This document shows positions 45,123 to 46,243 of a stretch of 46,243 nt of DNA, piece after piece; positions within the stretch are counted from its first letter, which is position 1; the number at the start of each line of letters is the position of its first letter. Location of the stretch: the UHGV virus genome UHGV-0087301; one strand, given 5' to 3'. Under the pieces are notes generated by a model, which made no database searches, was not told the DNA's origin, and saw only the letters and a program-made list of their open reading frames with translations. Source of the stretch: a virus. The position numbers and the translations under genes were made by a program.

Positions 45123-45224
45123 GCAAGCTAAGCAAATTATATAAATTATTATAGGAATCATCAACCATATACCAAACTTGAAGAAGAAACTTAAACCGAT
45201 AGCAAACAATAATAACCTAATCAT
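45108..45224 (-). CDS. 38-aa hydrophobic membrane peptide (not in ORF track)
   Basis: MIRLLLFAIGLSFFFKFGIWLMIPIIIYIICLACRVRR, with a GAGGG RBS. Confidence 0.55.
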   Translation of the reverse strand: MIRLLLFAIGLSFFFKFGIWLMIPIIIYIICLACRVRR

Positions 45225-45233
45225 ATTATTGTT

Positions 45234-45350
45234 TTACCCTCTCAAACAGTATTCAGCAATACTTAGAAGAAGAAGAATAAGAGAAGCATAACCGATAATA
45301 TTCAAGAATATTTTACCTATAAAGGCATAAACATAAATTTTATTATTCAT
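45234..45350 (-). CDS. 38-aa hydrophobic membrane peptide (not in ORF track)
   Basis: MNNKIYVYAFIGKIFLNIIGYASLILLLLSIAEYCLRG, with a GAGGTG RBS. Confidence 0.55.
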   Translation of the reverse strand: MNNKIYVYAFIGKIFLNIIGYASLILLLLSIAEYCLRG

Positions 45351-45489
45351 GCTTTACACCTCTTTTAATTAGTTTCTGTCCTTGTTCCAAAGTTTCATCA
45401 TAATCATGATAATCCATATCCTGAACCATGTCTAAAAGTTTTTCGCAAACTGTTTCAGAATCAAAGTTTTTGATATCAAAGTTTTTCAT
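45343..45489 (-). CDS. 48-aa acidic peptide (not in ORF track)
   Basis: MKNFDIKNFDSETVCEKLLDMVQDMDYHDYDE..., with an AGGGGG RBS. Confidence 0.55.
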   Translation of the reverse strand: MKNFDIKNFDSETVCEKLLDMVQDMDYHDYDETLEQGQKLIKRGVKHE

Positions 45490-45546
45490 ATGTTTTAAAC
45501 CCCCTTTAATAGAATTTCATTCATTTTCATTTTTTGTGCCCTCCTA

Positions 45547-45900
45547 TTATTTCAACATTTCAAGAATCGCTTTTAGCTCGTTCAAACGCTCGTTTTTTTC
45601 TAGCTTCTTTTCAAGCTGTTCATTTCTTTTTTTTGTAAGTCTTTTATAACCATGATCACGCTCGAAACAATGTTCTTCTCTTTCAATCCATTTTTGGATT
45701 AGTTTTTTAACGCATCCTATACAAACGCTTTGGTAAGTGTAACGTTCCCACGTTCTATTATAGTAACGGCGTGAATCTGTTTCGTATTCATTCCCGTTTA
45801 CAAACAATGTGCACCTGTGACCCCATGCGTTACTTCTTTCCCATGTTTCGCATATAAACATATATTCATTTCCTTTTACTTCTTTTTTTATGATTCTCAT
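45547..45900 (-). CDS. Conserved hypothetical early protein (YYNRTWE motif)
   Basis: 117 aa with an AGGGGG RBS. Confidence 0.75.
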   Translation of the reverse strand: MRIIKKEVKGNEYMFICETWERSNAWGHRCTLFVNGNEYETDSRRYYNRTWERYTYQSVCIGCVKKLIQKWIEREEHCFERDHGYKRLTKKRNEQLEKKLEKNERLNELKAILEMLK

Positions 45901-45916
45901 GATCAGTGCCCCCCTT

Positions 45917-46228
45917 TTAAATAAACATTGATTCTATGTTTTGTTCTTGTACTAAGATTGATTCTTGATTCAATTTCTTTTTAATTGAATTGCACGCTTT
46001 TAATATTTTTTCTTTTTTCTCGTTTACAATTTCAACTATTATCGTTTTTTCATTTACTTTCTTTCTGTTTTCGTGAGTGTAAAAGCCTTGAGCGTTATAT
46101 ATCGTATAACCCTCAATCAATGATTCATTCAATGATTCTATGATTCTTGAACACGATTCTATTTCACTTATTTCTTGCGTCATAGAATCCTTATCATTTA
46201 AACCGATATTTAATGTGTATTTTTCCAT
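45917..46228 (-). CDS. Putative S-adenosylmethionine lyase (T3 SAMase/DUF3574-like)
   Basis: GxY...ExT...Q[ED]x[IV]LV motif order (QGFY, NEKTII, NQESILV) resembles phage SAM lyases. Confidence 0.65.
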   Translation of the reverse strand: MEKYTLNIGLNDKDSMTQEISEIESCSRIIESLNESLIEGYTIYNAQGFYTHENRKKVNEKTIIVEIVNEKKEKILKACNSIKKKLNQESILVQEQNIESMFI

Positions 46229-46243
46229 TTTCTTTTCCTAAGT

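Noticed and set aside
479..45649. Numerous plus-strand ORFs in the track (e.g. 479..820, 4256..4672, 6701..7216, 29205..32693)
   Set aside because: They are antisense shadows of well-supported minus-strand genes or low-complexity DNA, with no RBS or family motifs. Only tnpA, tnpB and the cI stub are credible on the plus strand.
1..46243. tRNA genes
   Set aside because: The GGTTCG-like hits I noticed lie in coding regions or a terminator loop and have no cloverleaf. tRNAscan-SE/ARAGORN would be needed to be certain.

Overview
This window looks like a complete or nearly complete, circularly permuted genome of a siphovirus-type phage of a low-GC Bacillota host. The two ends join into one continuous regulatory region. 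Almost every gene lies on the minus strand. Reading that strand from the right end gives: a small early/anti-defence cassette spanning the window ends (including a T3-like SAM lyase candidate), terminase, portal, head, tail and baseplate genes (many unusually Cys-rich), holins and a two-catalytic-domain endolysin. Next come an intact IS200/IS605 element (tnpA + tnpB, plus strand) and a ~580-nt, independently transcribed, GNRA-rich non-coding RNA resembling ROOL. A truncated CI-like repressor stub faces an intact cro/operator switch, and no integrase is recognisable. The rest is recombination and replication genes (YqaJ, Bet/RecT, RusA, replisome organiser, SSB) and accessory genes (solo MazF, degenerate MazG, pentapeptide-repeat protein). 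Two compact antisense-sRNA-like elements and a crossed inverted-repeat non-coding region also stand out. All family calls come from motif recognition by eye, not database searches.
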